NCBI GenBank assembly: GCA_018816385.1
Contig: JAHIVK010000010.1
Location: 1 to 45,091 of the forward strand
Direction of reading: 5' to 3'
Source: Patescibacteria group bacterium
GTDB lineage: Bacteria; Patescibacteriota; Microgenomatia; UBA1400; PJMF01
DNA length: 45,091 nt
The notes below the pieces were generated by a model that saw nothing but the letters and a program-made list of their open reading frames with translations, ran no database searches and had not been told where the DNA came from. Of the stretch, positions 26,198 to 34,695 are shown piece after piece (the first letter of the stretch is position 1; every line of letters starts with the position of its first letter). A program made the position numbers and the translations under genes.

Positions 26198-26202
26198 GGC
26201 CG

Positions 26203-26211
26203 TGGTATAAT
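26203..26211 (+). promoter_or_regulatory. Extended -10 element tggtataat upstream of rplU, implying a leader of about 110 nt
   Basis: Seen directly. No good -35 element. Confidence 0.35.
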
Positions 26212-26329
26212 TCTGGGGCGACTTGACTTGTCATCAGAAGTCATTAGACTGAGTTCGAAAAAAGTTTATCATGTATCAAAGAAAGCGTTAGTCAACATTT
26301 CCCCTATTTGACAGAAAGTCCACTCAATC

Positions 26330-26641
26330 ATGAAAGCAGTTATTCAGTTTCAAAACAAGCAGTACTTGGTCGAAGCCGACCAAGAGCTAACAGTCGATCG
26401 AATTGAAAATAAAATCGGCGACACCATTGCTATCAGCGACGTCCTAGTAGTCACAGATGATAAAAAAACTCACATCGGCACACCGAATGTTAAGGGTGCC
26501 AAAGTGGTGGCAGAAGTTATTGAACACGATAAAGGTGACAACAGAGTCGCTACCTACAAAGCCAAGTCGAAATACCGTCGCGTCAAAGGCTTTAGAGCTC
26601 ATCTAACTAGGCTTAAGATTAAGTCAATTAAACTTAAGTAA
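26330..26641 (+). CDS. rplU: 50S ribosomal protein L21
   Basis: MKAVIQFQNKQYLVEADQEL and the YKAKSKYRRVKGFRAHLTRLKI pattern. Confidence 0.92.
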   Translation: MKAVIQFQNKQYLVEADQELTVDRIENKIGDTIAISDVLVVTDDKKTHIGTPNVKGAKVVAEVIEHDKGDNRVATYKAKSKYRRVKGFRAHLTRLKIKSIKLK

Positions 26642-26646
26642 TTTTT

Positions 26647-27792
26647 GTGCCAAATTTACCCACTTTGCCCTCTGCTTATCTATTGGAACTTGGCAGTACG
26701 CCAGAGTTATCTTGGGCAGAACTTGATAGTCTATTTGGAGACAGGGTTAAAAGAGTAGATACTAATTTGGCTATTATAGATCAACCCCAAGAAACTGCCG
26801 ATCAATTAATTGATACTTTGGGAGGTACCATCAAGATTTTTCAAGTTCTAGATACTTTGCCTTTGACCACTTCCAATCAAGAACTGGAAATAAAATTACT
26901 TAAATTACTTGAAACTAATCAGAAATTAAAGTTCTTTGTGGCAGAAATTAATCGCCATCACTTACCTGCCATCGATTTGTCTAACATTAAAACTCGCCTT
27001 ACCGAAGCTGGCCAAACTGTCCGCTATATGGCAGGCCCCAGGCAGGGTTTGTCAGCCGCTATCCTGAGACACAAAACTGGCGTCAAGGAGTTGGCCGTCA
27101 TTAATACACCCGAGCACATTTATTTAGCTCAAACTTTGGCTGTTCAAGATATTGATGACTGGACCAAAAGGGATCGGGGCAAGCCATTTGCCGATCGCCA
27201 AAGAGGCTTGTTAACTCCCAAAGTCGCCCGGATGATGGTTAACTTAGCCGGACCCAACAGACAAAGAATCATCTATGATCCATTTTGTGGCACAGGCACC
27301 ATCTTAATGGAAGCTGGAATATTGGGTTTTGAGCGACTGGTGGGCAGTGACCTGGATCCAGACGCAGTGACAGGATCAAGCCAAAATCTAGAATGGTTAC
27401 AAACTAATTACCAAATAACTGTAGGGATTAATATTTTTCCGGCTGATGCCACCAAGGCCCAACCCCAACCAATTCCAGACGTAATTGTGACTGAACCTTT
27501 CCTGGGCAAACTCAAGCCTAAAGCCCATCAAGTGCCGAATATTGTGAAGGGTTTGACCAAACTTTACATTGGCACCCTTAAAAATTGGCACCACTGGCTG
27601 AAACCCGGATCAGAAGTGGTGATAATTTTTCCCCGATTTATCGAAGCTTCTGGACCATCAGTTTATGAGAACTTGATTGACAAATTCGATCAACTTGGGT
27701 ACACTACCACTCTTGAACCGATCATTTATGCCAGACCAAAGGCCATCGTTCAAAGGCAGATAGTTAGGTTAAAAGTAAAGCAATATACTTGA
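26647..27792 (+). CDS. SAM-dependent methyltransferase (UPF0020/Trm11-like putative RNA or DNA MTase)
   Basis: Motif I DPFCGTGTILMEAG. The motif IV position reads VTEPFLG rather than (D/N)PPY. Confidence 0.6.
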   Translation: MPNLPTLPSAYLLELGSTPELSWAELDSLFGDRVKRVDTNLAIIDQPQETADQLIDTLGGTIKIFQVLDTLPLTTSNQELEIKLLKLLETNQKLKFFVAEINRHHLPAIDLSNIKTRLTEAGQTVRYMAGPRQGLSAAILRHKTGVKELAVINTPEHIYLAQTLAVQDIDDWTKRDRGKPFADRQRGLLTPKVARMMVNLAGPNRQRIIYDPFCGTGTILMEAGILGFERLVGSDLDPDAVTGSSQNLEWLQTNYQITVGINIFPADATKAQPQPIPDVIVTEPFLGKLKPKAHQVPNIVKGLTKLYIGTLKNWHHWLKPGSEVVIIFPRFIEASGPSVYENLIDKFDQLGYTTTLEPIIYARPKAIVQRQIVRLKVKQYT

Positions 27793-27868
27793 GAAAGAAA
27801 AAGCAATTAAATATAGATAAAATAATGAAAGTCATCTCTTTCCTTGTTTTTGCAGAAAGTCTCAATAC

Positions 27869-28126
27869 ATGTCACACGTTAAAGCATCAGGTAATGTCAA
27901 TCAACACGCTCAGAGCAGACGCCATGGCAAGCGCTTGGGGGTGAAAAAGTTTGGTGGGGAAGTTGTCAAGCCTGGTCACATCATCCTGCGTCAACGAGGT
28001 AGTGTCTACAAAAGTGGTAAAGGCGTGGGCATGGGCAAAGACCACACTATTTTTTCGATGATTGCAGGCTCCGTTCAGTTTGGCAAAAAATTTGGCAAAA
28101 CCATGGTGAATGTGATTACCTCATAA
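27869..28126 (+). CDS. rpmA: 50S ribosomal protein L27
   Basis: GKRLGVKKFGGEVVKPGHIILRQRGS. Confidence 0.92.
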   Translation: MSHVKASGNVNQHAQSRRHGKRLGVKKFGGEVVKPGHIILRQRGSVYKSGKGVGMGKDHTIFSMIAGSVQFGKKFGKTMVNVITS

Positions 28127-28147
28127 TTCATCACTCTATATCATTAT

Positions 28148-28312
28148 TAGACTTGTAGCGAAATAAGCACAACGACTACTTATGGCATCTTTTATGTATT
28201 TTCATTTGTTTCTTCTTTCTCAAGTAGCTCTGGCTACTATCGGCATCAGAATCAACGAAAATACTATAAAATCTATCCATAATTAACTCGTTGTTTATTT
28301 CACTACAAGTCT
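28148..28312 (-). mobile_element. MITE-like element, full-length copy B, inverted relative to copy A
   Basis: tagacttgtagcgaaataag ... tttatttcactacaagtct. The interior is the reverse complement of 7400..7564. Confidence 0.85.
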
Positions 28313-28377
28313 TTTTTTTTGATTTTCCTCTGATAATTCGTCATGCAATCTATGAAAAGTTGTGGCATACTACGCCT

Positions 28378-29220
28378 ATGGCCACACCACAACAACTCAA
28401 ATACTTAGATATTAATATCCTCCAACCCAACCCTTTTCAACCTCGCAATAAGATTCAACCAGAAGAAGTTGAAGAATTAACTCAATCTATTCGCCAATAC
28501 GGCATCTTGGAACCTTTGGTAGTAGCCCAAACACCAGCTGGTTACCAAATAATTGCTGGTGAAAGACGTTGGCGAGCCGCCAAAATAGCTGGCTTAACCG
28601 AGGTGCCAGTCTTAGTTAGAAAGACCACACCTCGTGGCATGTTAGAAATGGCCATTGTGGAAAATGTCCAAAGGGTTGATTTAAATGCCATTGAAAGAGC
28701 TCGAGCTTTCAAACAACTCCTGCGAGATTTTAACTATTCTAATGACCAAATTTGCAAAAAAGTTAGTAAATCTGGATCATATGTCAGTAATACTTTAAGA
28801 CTCTTAACTTTGCCAGATGCTATCAAAGATGGGATTGTAGGCGGTCAAATTAGTGAAGGCCACGGTCGAGCCATAGCCTCCCTGACCGACAAACAAGTAC
28901 AGATTCAAATCTACAAACAACTGCTTAGAGAAAATGGCTCAGTCCGCAGAGCAGAGGAATTAGTTCGTTACGAAAAAGAAAAAGAGCAAATACAAGAGTC
29001 AGGTCCAGAAGTTAAAACCGCTAATCAAATCAATCCTGCCATCATCAAGAAGTGGCAAGAACAAATTGCCAGACATCTCAAAACTATGCCTCAAATCAAG
29101 CTCATCAGAAGTATTAATCATACTCGATTGACCGTCACACTCAAAGGTGATCAGAACGAAGCCAAACAAGATCTGGAAAAAATCATGAGATTAATTACCC
29201 AAGAGACTGACTCTAATTAG
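28378..29220 (+). CDS. parB: Chromosome partitioning protein ParB/Spo0J
   Basis: ILQPNPFQPR and IIAGERRWRAAK. Start moved to the ATG at 28378 because the tracked start lies inside the MITE. Confidence 0.9.
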   Translation: MATPQQLKYLDINILQPNPFQPRNKIQPEEVEELTQSIRQYGILEPLVVAQTPAGYQIIAGERRWRAAKIAGLTEVPVLVRKTTPRGMLEMAIVENVQRVDLNAIERARAFKQLLRDFNYSNDQICKKVSKSGSYVSNTLRLLTLPDAIKDGIVGGQISEGHGRAIASLTDKQVQIQIYKQLLRENGSVRRAEELVRYEKEKEQIQESGPEVKTANQINPAIIKKWQEQIARHLKTMPQIKLIRSINHTRLTVTLKGDQNEAKQDLEKIMRLITQETDSN

Positions 29221-29792
29221 TTTGAGTCGTAGGTAGCAGAATAGATTCTACCCATGTTGGTAGGTGGCCAGTACCTAAAAAAAGCTTTGCCAATAATTTC
29301 CGATTTTGAGATAGGACCCCAAGCTCTTGAATCGCTTGAGTAAGACCGATTATCACCAAAAACCATGTATTCGTCTTCCTGCAATTTAACTACTTTACCG
29401 TTGGTGTAAGCTCCAGCTTCTGTGGTAAGAGTATCCGGTAGATAAGTTTCATTCAATTTCTGACCATTAATAAATACCCCATGGGCTCGAACCTCGACTT
29501 CCTCACCAGGAACACCAATGACTCGTTTAATAAAGTCACAGCCCGTACCAGTCGGGCAGTTAGCGGCTTGGGGAGCTTCAAAAACTACAATATCACCTCG
29601 TTTGGGATCCCCAACTCTATAACTGACTTTGTCGGTTAACAAATAATCGCCGTCGTCTAAATTAGGTACCATTGACTGACCATTAACCTGATGGGGTTGC
29701 ATAAAGAATAAATAAACCACCAAGAAAATTGACAAACCTATGACCAAGGTTTCGGTTAAATCTAAAAACCAACTGCCGATCTGCTTAAACAT
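29217..29792 (-). CDS. lepB: Signal peptidase I
   Basis: GQSMVPNL (Ser), DFIKRVIG (Lys), GDNRSYSSDSR. Start taken at the internal ATG (MFKQ...). Confidence 0.9.
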   Translation of the reverse strand: MFKQIGSWFLDLTETLVIGLSIFLVVYLFFMQPHQVNGQSMVPNLDDGDYLLTDKVSYRVGDPKRGDIVVFEAPQAANCPTGTGCDFIKRVIGVPGEEVEVRAHGVFINGQKLNETYLPDTLTTEAGAYTNGKVVKLQEDEYMVFGDNRSYSSDSRAWGPISKSEIIGKAFFRYWPPTNMGRIYSATYDSN

Positions 29793-29821
29793 GGTGGTTA
29801 TTATGGTGCCATGATTCACTA

Positions 29822-29919
29822 GATGCAAGGTCAGTTTTGATGCAAGGTCAGTTTTGATGCAAGGTCAGTTTTGATGCAAGTCAGGTTTGATGCAAGTCAG
29901 GTTTGATGCAAGTCAGGTT
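29822..29919. repeat. Tandem 16-bp repeats: gatgcaaggtcagttt x3, then the variant gatgcaagtcaggttt x3
   Basis: Seen directly, in the divergent lepB / wzx-like intergenic region. Confidence 0.9.
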
Positions 29920-29930
29920 ATAATGAAACG

Positions 29931-31163
29931 ATGGGTTATACCAAACAAGCCATGATCGGTTTTGGATCACAAACTTTTCTTAAACTAGCTAGTGGCGCTC
30001 TATCTTTGGGCAAAATATTTGTGCTAGCTCGATTGCTGGCTCCTTATGATTTTGGTCTTTTTAGCCTAGTGGCGATTGCTCTGGGTTTAACAGAATCGAT
30101 TACTCAAACTGGTATCAATGTGACCATTCTGCAATCCCAGAGGTCAATTAAAGATTTTTTGAACACAGCTTGGGTGATCGCTATCATTAGGGGAGTGGCG
30201 ATTGGTTTAATCATGGTGGTTTCCGCCTTTGGTTTGAGCAAAGTATACCGCGAACCTAATCTGTTAGCTTTGGTTTCTTTGGCGGCTTTAATCCCCATCA
30301 TCAAGGGTTTTATTAATCCCAATATCACAGCTCTCCAAAAAAACCTGGAGTATTTTAGAGAAGCCAAGTACTTTTTAAGTCTGAAGGTGGTTGAAGTCAT
30401 GCTGGCTATAGGACTGGGTATATTGACTCACTCCGCCCTGGCTTTAGTAGGAGCTTTAATTGGTACAGCCATTTTTGAAGTTGCCTTAAGTTTCATAATT
30501 TTTTCTGATCGACCTCGTTTTAAATATGAATCGACCATTGGCCGGATTATTTTTAATAATGCCCGGGGCTTGACTTTGACCGCCACCCTCCACTACGCCA
30601 ATGACAATATCGATGACATCATCATTGGTAAAACTCTAGGTACTTCAACTCTAGGTCTTTATCACAACGCTTACACTCTAGCTCATGAACCAAATTATCA
30701 GCTTTCCAAAAGTGCCTTTCACTCCACACTACCCATTTTAACTAAGTTTACCAATGATCAATCCAGATTCAATCGAGGTTTCTTTAGAGCTATTGGCGTC
30801 ATGCTCATCTTGACTTTTTTGACCACTACACCTCTGTTCTTTTTCTCTGATTTTTTGGTCAATCTACTGTTGGGGGATCAATGGCTGACCATTATTCCCG
30901 TCTTGCCCTGGTTGGCTTTAGCCGGTTGGGTTCAGAGTTTAGCCGGAGTGGCATACAGTGGTTTAATTGCTGTCAAACAGTACAAAATTGCTAATCTGCA
31001 TTTATTTTTCACCATTTTCACAATGATACCTGCTGTCTGGTGGTTAAGCCTCAACTTTGGTTTGTTGGGTGCTGGTTGGGGCATACTTCTATCTAGATTA
31101 CTACCTCTACCTATTATAATTTATGGTTTAGTCAAATTGAAAAATCAGAAACAAACTGAGTAA
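29931..31163 (+). CDS. Polysaccharide/oligosaccharide flippase, Wzx/MOP superfamily
   Basis: About 12 predicted hydrophobic helices. The N-terminal pattern and glycan-gene context fit. Confidence 0.6.
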   Translation: MGYTKQAMIGFGSQTFLKLASGALSLGKIFVLARLLAPYDFGLFSLVAIALGLTESITQTGINVTILQSQRSIKDFLNTAWVIAIIRGVAIGLIMVVSAFGLSKVYREPNLLALVSLAALIPIIKGFINPNITALQKNLEYFREAKYFLSLKVVEVMLAIGLGILTHSALALVGALIGTAIFEVALSFIIFSDRPRFKYESTIGRIIFNNARGLTLTATLHYANDNIDDIIIGKTLGTSTLGLYHNAYTLAHEPNYQLSKSAFHSTLPILTKFTNDQSRFNRGFFRAIGVMLILTFLTTTPLFFFSDFLVNLLLGDQWLTIIPVLPWLALAGWVQSLAGVAYSGLIAVKQYKIANLHLFFTIFTMIPAVWWLSLNFGLLGAGWGILLSRLLPLPIIIYGLVKLKNQKQTE

Positions 31164-31192
31164 TGTTTTGAGTTACATATTAAACATTAAAC

Positions 31193-31295
31193 TTTCGATG
31201 ACGATAGTAGCCAATGTTGGTTGAGGAAGAAGAAATAACCAAAATGGATAAAAGAAAATGGAAGTAACCGTTTTGCTTATTTCACAGAAAGTCTA
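31193..31295 (+). mobile_element. Partial MITE copy C (right ~100 bp, same orientation as copy A)
   Basis: tttcgatgacgatagtagcc ... cttatttcacagaaagtcta aligns to the right part of 7400..7564. Confidence 0.7.
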
Positions 31296-31313
31296 ATAAC
31301 TAAATTGACCAAT

Positions 31314-32075
31314 ATGCCTAAAATTACCACCATTATTTTGGCTGAAACTGCCACTCAACTTTTAACCAAAGCTATTCATTCTGTGAAACTAGCCAATTTT
31401 ATCTTAGTGATTGATACCTCTGGAAAATTAACCAACTTCAAAATACCCGGTATAGATTTTAAAATCATTCGCTATCCCAAACTTTTGACAAATTTTTCCA
31501 CAGTCCGGAACTGGGCATTAACTCAAGTTGAAACTGATTGGGTGTTATTTTTGGATAGCGATGAGCAACTCGAGCCCAGAGGTATCAATCACATCACCCA
31601 AATTTTATCTCAAACTCAGGCTTCGGCTCTAGCGGTCTCAAGAAGTGATATTTATCTAAATAAACTACTCAGATTTGGTGAAGCTGGGCATCAATCTCTG
31701 CCTAGAATTTTTCAAAGAAACCAAATTAGATATATTGGATCTGTCCATGAAAGACCGCAGGTTTTAGGTCAAATTTTGCCAACCAATATTCAAATCAGGC
31801 ATCTTTCTCATCCTAACATCAGTCAATTCCTGAGTACAGTTAACAGCTATGCTCAACTGATGGCTTGGGAAAAGACTCATCCCCAATCTGAAGGATTGTT
31901 GACGATCTGGCTTAAATTATTAACTTTCCCGCCTGGCAAACTTTTTTACAATCTGATCATCAAACAAGGTTTAAGAGATGGTTGGAGGGGTCTAGTTTAT
32001 GCCGTAATGATGAGTTTTCACTCGCTGTTGGTCAGGATTTATCAACTCGAATTGATATATGGCAAAAAAAAGTAA
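31314..32075 (+). CDS. Glycosyltransferase family 2
   Basis: ITTIILAE N-terminus and LFLDSDEQL (DxD). Start at the ATG at 31314. Confidence 0.65.
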   Translation: MPKITTIILAETATQLLTKAIHSVKLANFILVIDTSGKLTNFKIPGIDFKIIRYPKLLTNFSTVRNWALTQVETDWVLFLDSDEQLEPRGINHITQILSQTQASALAVSRSDIYLNKLLRFGEAGHQSLPRIFQRNQIRYIGSVHERPQVLGQILPTNIQIRHLSHPNISQFLSTVNSYAQLMAWEKTHPQSEGLLTIWLKLLTFPPGKLFYNLIIKQGLRDGWRGLVYAVMMSFHSLLVRIYQLELIYGKKK

Positions 32076-33390
32076 TTTTCATACACCGGTTAATTTGTCT
32101 ATCAATGTTAATATGGTGAATATATGTCTGTGGATTTTGACCGGCCTCTTAGCTCTGGGCAATTTTCAAAGAATTCAAATTACAGAAACCCTAGTTATTT
32201 ATGGCCATGATTTGCTGATGCCGATGTTGATTGGTTTAATCTGGTTTCAAGACCGTCAAGTTTTTGCCCAGTGGAAAAACTTATGGAGAAATGCCATCAT
32301 CAAAACTCTGTTCATTTGGGCAGGTCTAATCTTTATTTATCACTTTAGCCAGCAAAATTGGCTTTTTTTGGCTTATAACTTGAGATTTTTGCTCTACATA
32401 ACTTTTGGTATGACTCTTTGGTCAACCAAGCTTATTTCAAACAGTAGTAAATGGTTGGGTTTAGGACTATATAGTTTGGTATTAATCGGCTGGGGATGGT
32501 GGCAATATCTGTTTTTACCTGACACTAGATTCTTGGCGGTTTTTGGCTGGGATGATCATTACTTCCGACTGATAGGCACTGCCTTTGATCCCAATTTTAC
32601 TGGAGCTTTACTGGGTATGTTGTTGATCTGCTGGCAATTTTTAGCCAAAACTTTTAAACAAAAATTTATTTGGCTGAAGTGGCTCATGACTGGATTACTG
32701 CTTCTCACATTAGGTCTGACTTATTCCAGAGCTTCATACCTTAGTCTATTAGTTGGCATCAGTGCCCTGGTCATTCTCGCAAAGCGGGGACATGTCATCC
32801 TTGCACTCCCTTCCGTCATCCTTGCACTCCCTTCCGTCATCCTCGCGAAGCGGAGAAACAAAGCCCTTGTCATTCCCGCACCCCCCTCCGTCATCCCCGC
32901 TTTAGCGGGAATCCGGTGGCTAGGTTTAGGTTTAACAGCCCTAGTTCTGGGCGTAGTCTTAATTATCGCCACTCAAAAGTCAGGAGAGGGGATGAATCTG
33001 GCTCGAACTGCCAGCATTCAGGCTCGGGTAACTCATGAATTGCAAATACTTAAAGCCTGGAGCCTGCAAGATTGGCTGATGGGCAGTGGTTTTAAACTAA
33101 AGATTCAAACCCCAGTCACTAAGCAAATCATCACCCCGCCCAACTTGGCTCGCTTACCCAACAACTTAATCATCACCTTAATTAGTGGTTGGGGCGTCAT
33201 AGGCCTGGGTTTACTTCTTAATGCTTTGAGGAAAACTAAACCGTGGCAAAGCCTGAATCCAAGTCAATTGGGTTTATGGGCATTAATCCTAATTCACAGT
33301 CAATTCAATAACACTCTACTGCATCCCTTAGTGTTACCGATATTAATACTCAGTTTGCTTGCGTGTCAAAACAGACTTTCTGCTAGATAA
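32059..33390 (+). CDS. O-antigen ligase/polymerase-like (Wzy_C) membrane protein with an in-frame repeat insertion
   Basis: Polytopic protein with an LTYSRASYLSLLVGI motif. The repeat cluster at 32769-32913 is translated in frame. Confidence 0.6.
   Translation: MAKKSNFHTPVNLSINVNMVNICLWILTGLLALGNFQRIQITETLVIYGHDLLMPMLIGLIWFQDRQVFAQWKNLWRNAIIKTLFIWAGLIFIYHFSQQNWLFLAYNLRFLLYITFGMTLWSTKLISNSSKWLGLGLYSLVLIGWGWWQYLFLPDTRFLAVFGWDDHYFRLIGTAFDPNFTGALLGMLLICWQFLAKTFKQKFIWLKWLMTGLLLLTLGLTYSRASYLSLLVGISALVILAKRGHVILALPSVILALPSVILAKRRNKALVIPAPPSVIPALAGIRWLGLGLTALVLGVVLIIATQKSGEGMNLARTASIQARVTHELQILKAWSLQDWLMGSGFKLKIQTPVTKQIITPPNLARLPNNLIITLISGWGVIGLGLLLNALRKTKPWQSLNPSQLGLWALILIHSQFNNTLLHPLVLPILILSLLACQNRLSAR
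32769..32913. repeat. Cluster of gtcat(t/c)c-type palindromic repeat units inside the CDS
   Basis: gtcatccttgcactcccttcc occurs twice in tandem. It is flanked by gtcattctcgcaaagcgggga, gtcatcctcgcgaagcgg, gtcattcccgc and gtcatccccgctttagcgggaatcc. Confidence 0.8.
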
Positions 33391-33404
33391 AAACAAGTTT
33401 AGTT

Positions 33405-33435
33405 GTCATTCTCCCCGCCCAGGCGGGGGGAATCC
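33405..33435. repeat. Palindromic unit gtcattctccccgcccaggcggggggaatcc, possibly a bidirectional terminator between convergent genes
   Basis: Stem ccccgcc / ggcgggg. Shares gtcattctcccc with the array at 1-97 in reverse. Confidence 0.6.
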
Positions 33436-33493
33436 ATGGTCGACTGGCTCACCCCTGGATCACTGCTACACGAGGATAACAAGTCCGTCGAAT

Positions 33494-34207
33494 CTAAAGT
33501 TTGAATTTAATTGTCAGTTCCATCTGACCTTCATTGCCCGCTCGATCTACCACTTTTAACAAAAGTTGGTTATCACCTTCATCTAAACGATAGGTACTGC
33601 TGAAAGCACCTTCAAAGTCAGCCAAGATCGGCCGATCATTGATGTAAACTCTGGCTTGAGGATCGGTTAAACCCCTAATCGCCAATTGTTGATTGTCCCG
33701 TCCTACAACCTGCTGACCATCAAAAATGTTATCCAAAGTTAGAGTGGGTAGTTCTGTGTCTAACACCACTTGATAGGTTTTGGTTTCTTTGGATTCATTC
33801 TCAGCCTTATCCATAGAAAACGCTATAAAGATATTGTCTCCTTCGGTCAAGGGCAAAGATGCTTCAAAAGTACTTTCCTCACCAACTACGACCGGTTCCA
33901 ATCGGTCACCATTTAAAACAAAAATGATCTGACTTTCTGGCTCACCAAAACCTTTAACTGTAAAAGGAGTTTGATTGGTAGATTTTTCCAATAGTGAAAT
34001 GACTGGCACCTGAGGAGGAATTTGATCAGTTTGTTCAGTTATACCAGTATCCAATAATAATCCTAAGAAACGGACTGAATTAGGTAACACCCAAAAAACG
34101 AATGCCAAGATTAAGGCCAAACCAATTATGACAGACCAAACAGTTTGTTTGACTAATTGCTTATGTTCCTTGCGGACCAAACGAGACTGGGTTCTATTGA
34201 TAGACAT
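33494..34207 (-). CDS. Membrane-anchored secreted protein, probably with Ig-like beta-sandwich domains
   Basis: N-terminal TM helix VWSVIIGLALILAFVFWVL. The rest is beta-rich. No specific motif. Confidence 0.5.
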   Translation of the reverse strand: MSINRTQSRLVRKEHKQLVKQTVWSVIIGLALILAFVFWVLPNSVRFLGLLLDTGITEQTDQIPPQVPVISLLEKSTNQTPFTVKGFGEPESQIIFVLNGDRLEPVVVGEESTFEASLPLTEGDNIFIAFSMDKAENESKETKTYQVVLDTELPTLTLDNIFDGQQVVGRDNQQLAIRGLTDPQARVYINDRPILADFEGAFSSTYRLDEGDNQLLLKVVDRAGNEGQMELTIKFKL

Positions 34208-34256
34208 AGGTTAATTGTAACAGACAACTCCTGCTTCTCGGAGTAAGATGGCGAAG

Positions 34257-34340
34257 TCGTCCGTAGCTTAAGCGTACAACCAAATCGTCCGTAGCTTAAA
34301 CATACAACCAGATCGTCCGTAGCTTTAACGTAGGACGAGA
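34257..34340. repeat. Three tandem 28-bp units starting tcgtccgtagctt, abutting the tRNA 3' end
   Basis: Units at 34257-34284, 34285-34312 and 34313-34340. The third can fold as tcgtcc...ggacga. Confidence 0.8.
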
Positions 34341-34412
34341 GCCAGGAAGGGGGATCGGACCCCTGACCTACGGTTTACGATACCGTCGCTCTACCGACTG
34401 AGCTATCCTGGC
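34340..34412 (-). tRNA. tRNA-Thr (anticodon CGU), with no encoded CCA
   Basis: Manual fold: acceptor gccagga/tcctggc, D stem gctc/gagc, anticodon stem acggt/accgt, loop atCGTaa, T stem agggg/cccct, T loop tccgatc. Confidence 0.8.
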
Positions 34413-34695
34413 AAATCAGATCTAAGATGTAGTATAGCTGGTTCAAAACCATTTGTCGCTTTGACTCGAGCTTAAATCTGATATTTGGTTTTGGGATTGC
34501 TATATATCAAAAACTATTCGTTAAATTACGACAGGTATTAAGGTGTTAGCGTTAAGTAGAAATGTCCCCTTTTTAAAAAAGCTTTCATAATTTAGTTTAT
34601 TAAATAACTAAAAGGATGGAGGCCCATAATGAGCGGTTATTTTAACCATGAGTAGAAAAGAAGGGTTAGTGTTTGCAAATAGTAGCTAGTCTTAA

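Noticed and set aside
32721-32972. Minus-strand 83-aa ORF rich in AGMT/ARMT repeats
   Set aside because: It is the antisense translation of the palindromic repeat cluster inside a well-supported plus-strand membrane-protein gene, so it is a repeat-derived artefact.
34413-34695. An att-site duplicate of the tRNA-Thr sequence that would delimit the island
   Set aside because: I could not find any repeat of the tRNA 5' or 3' segments within the window, so the island boundaries remain undefined.
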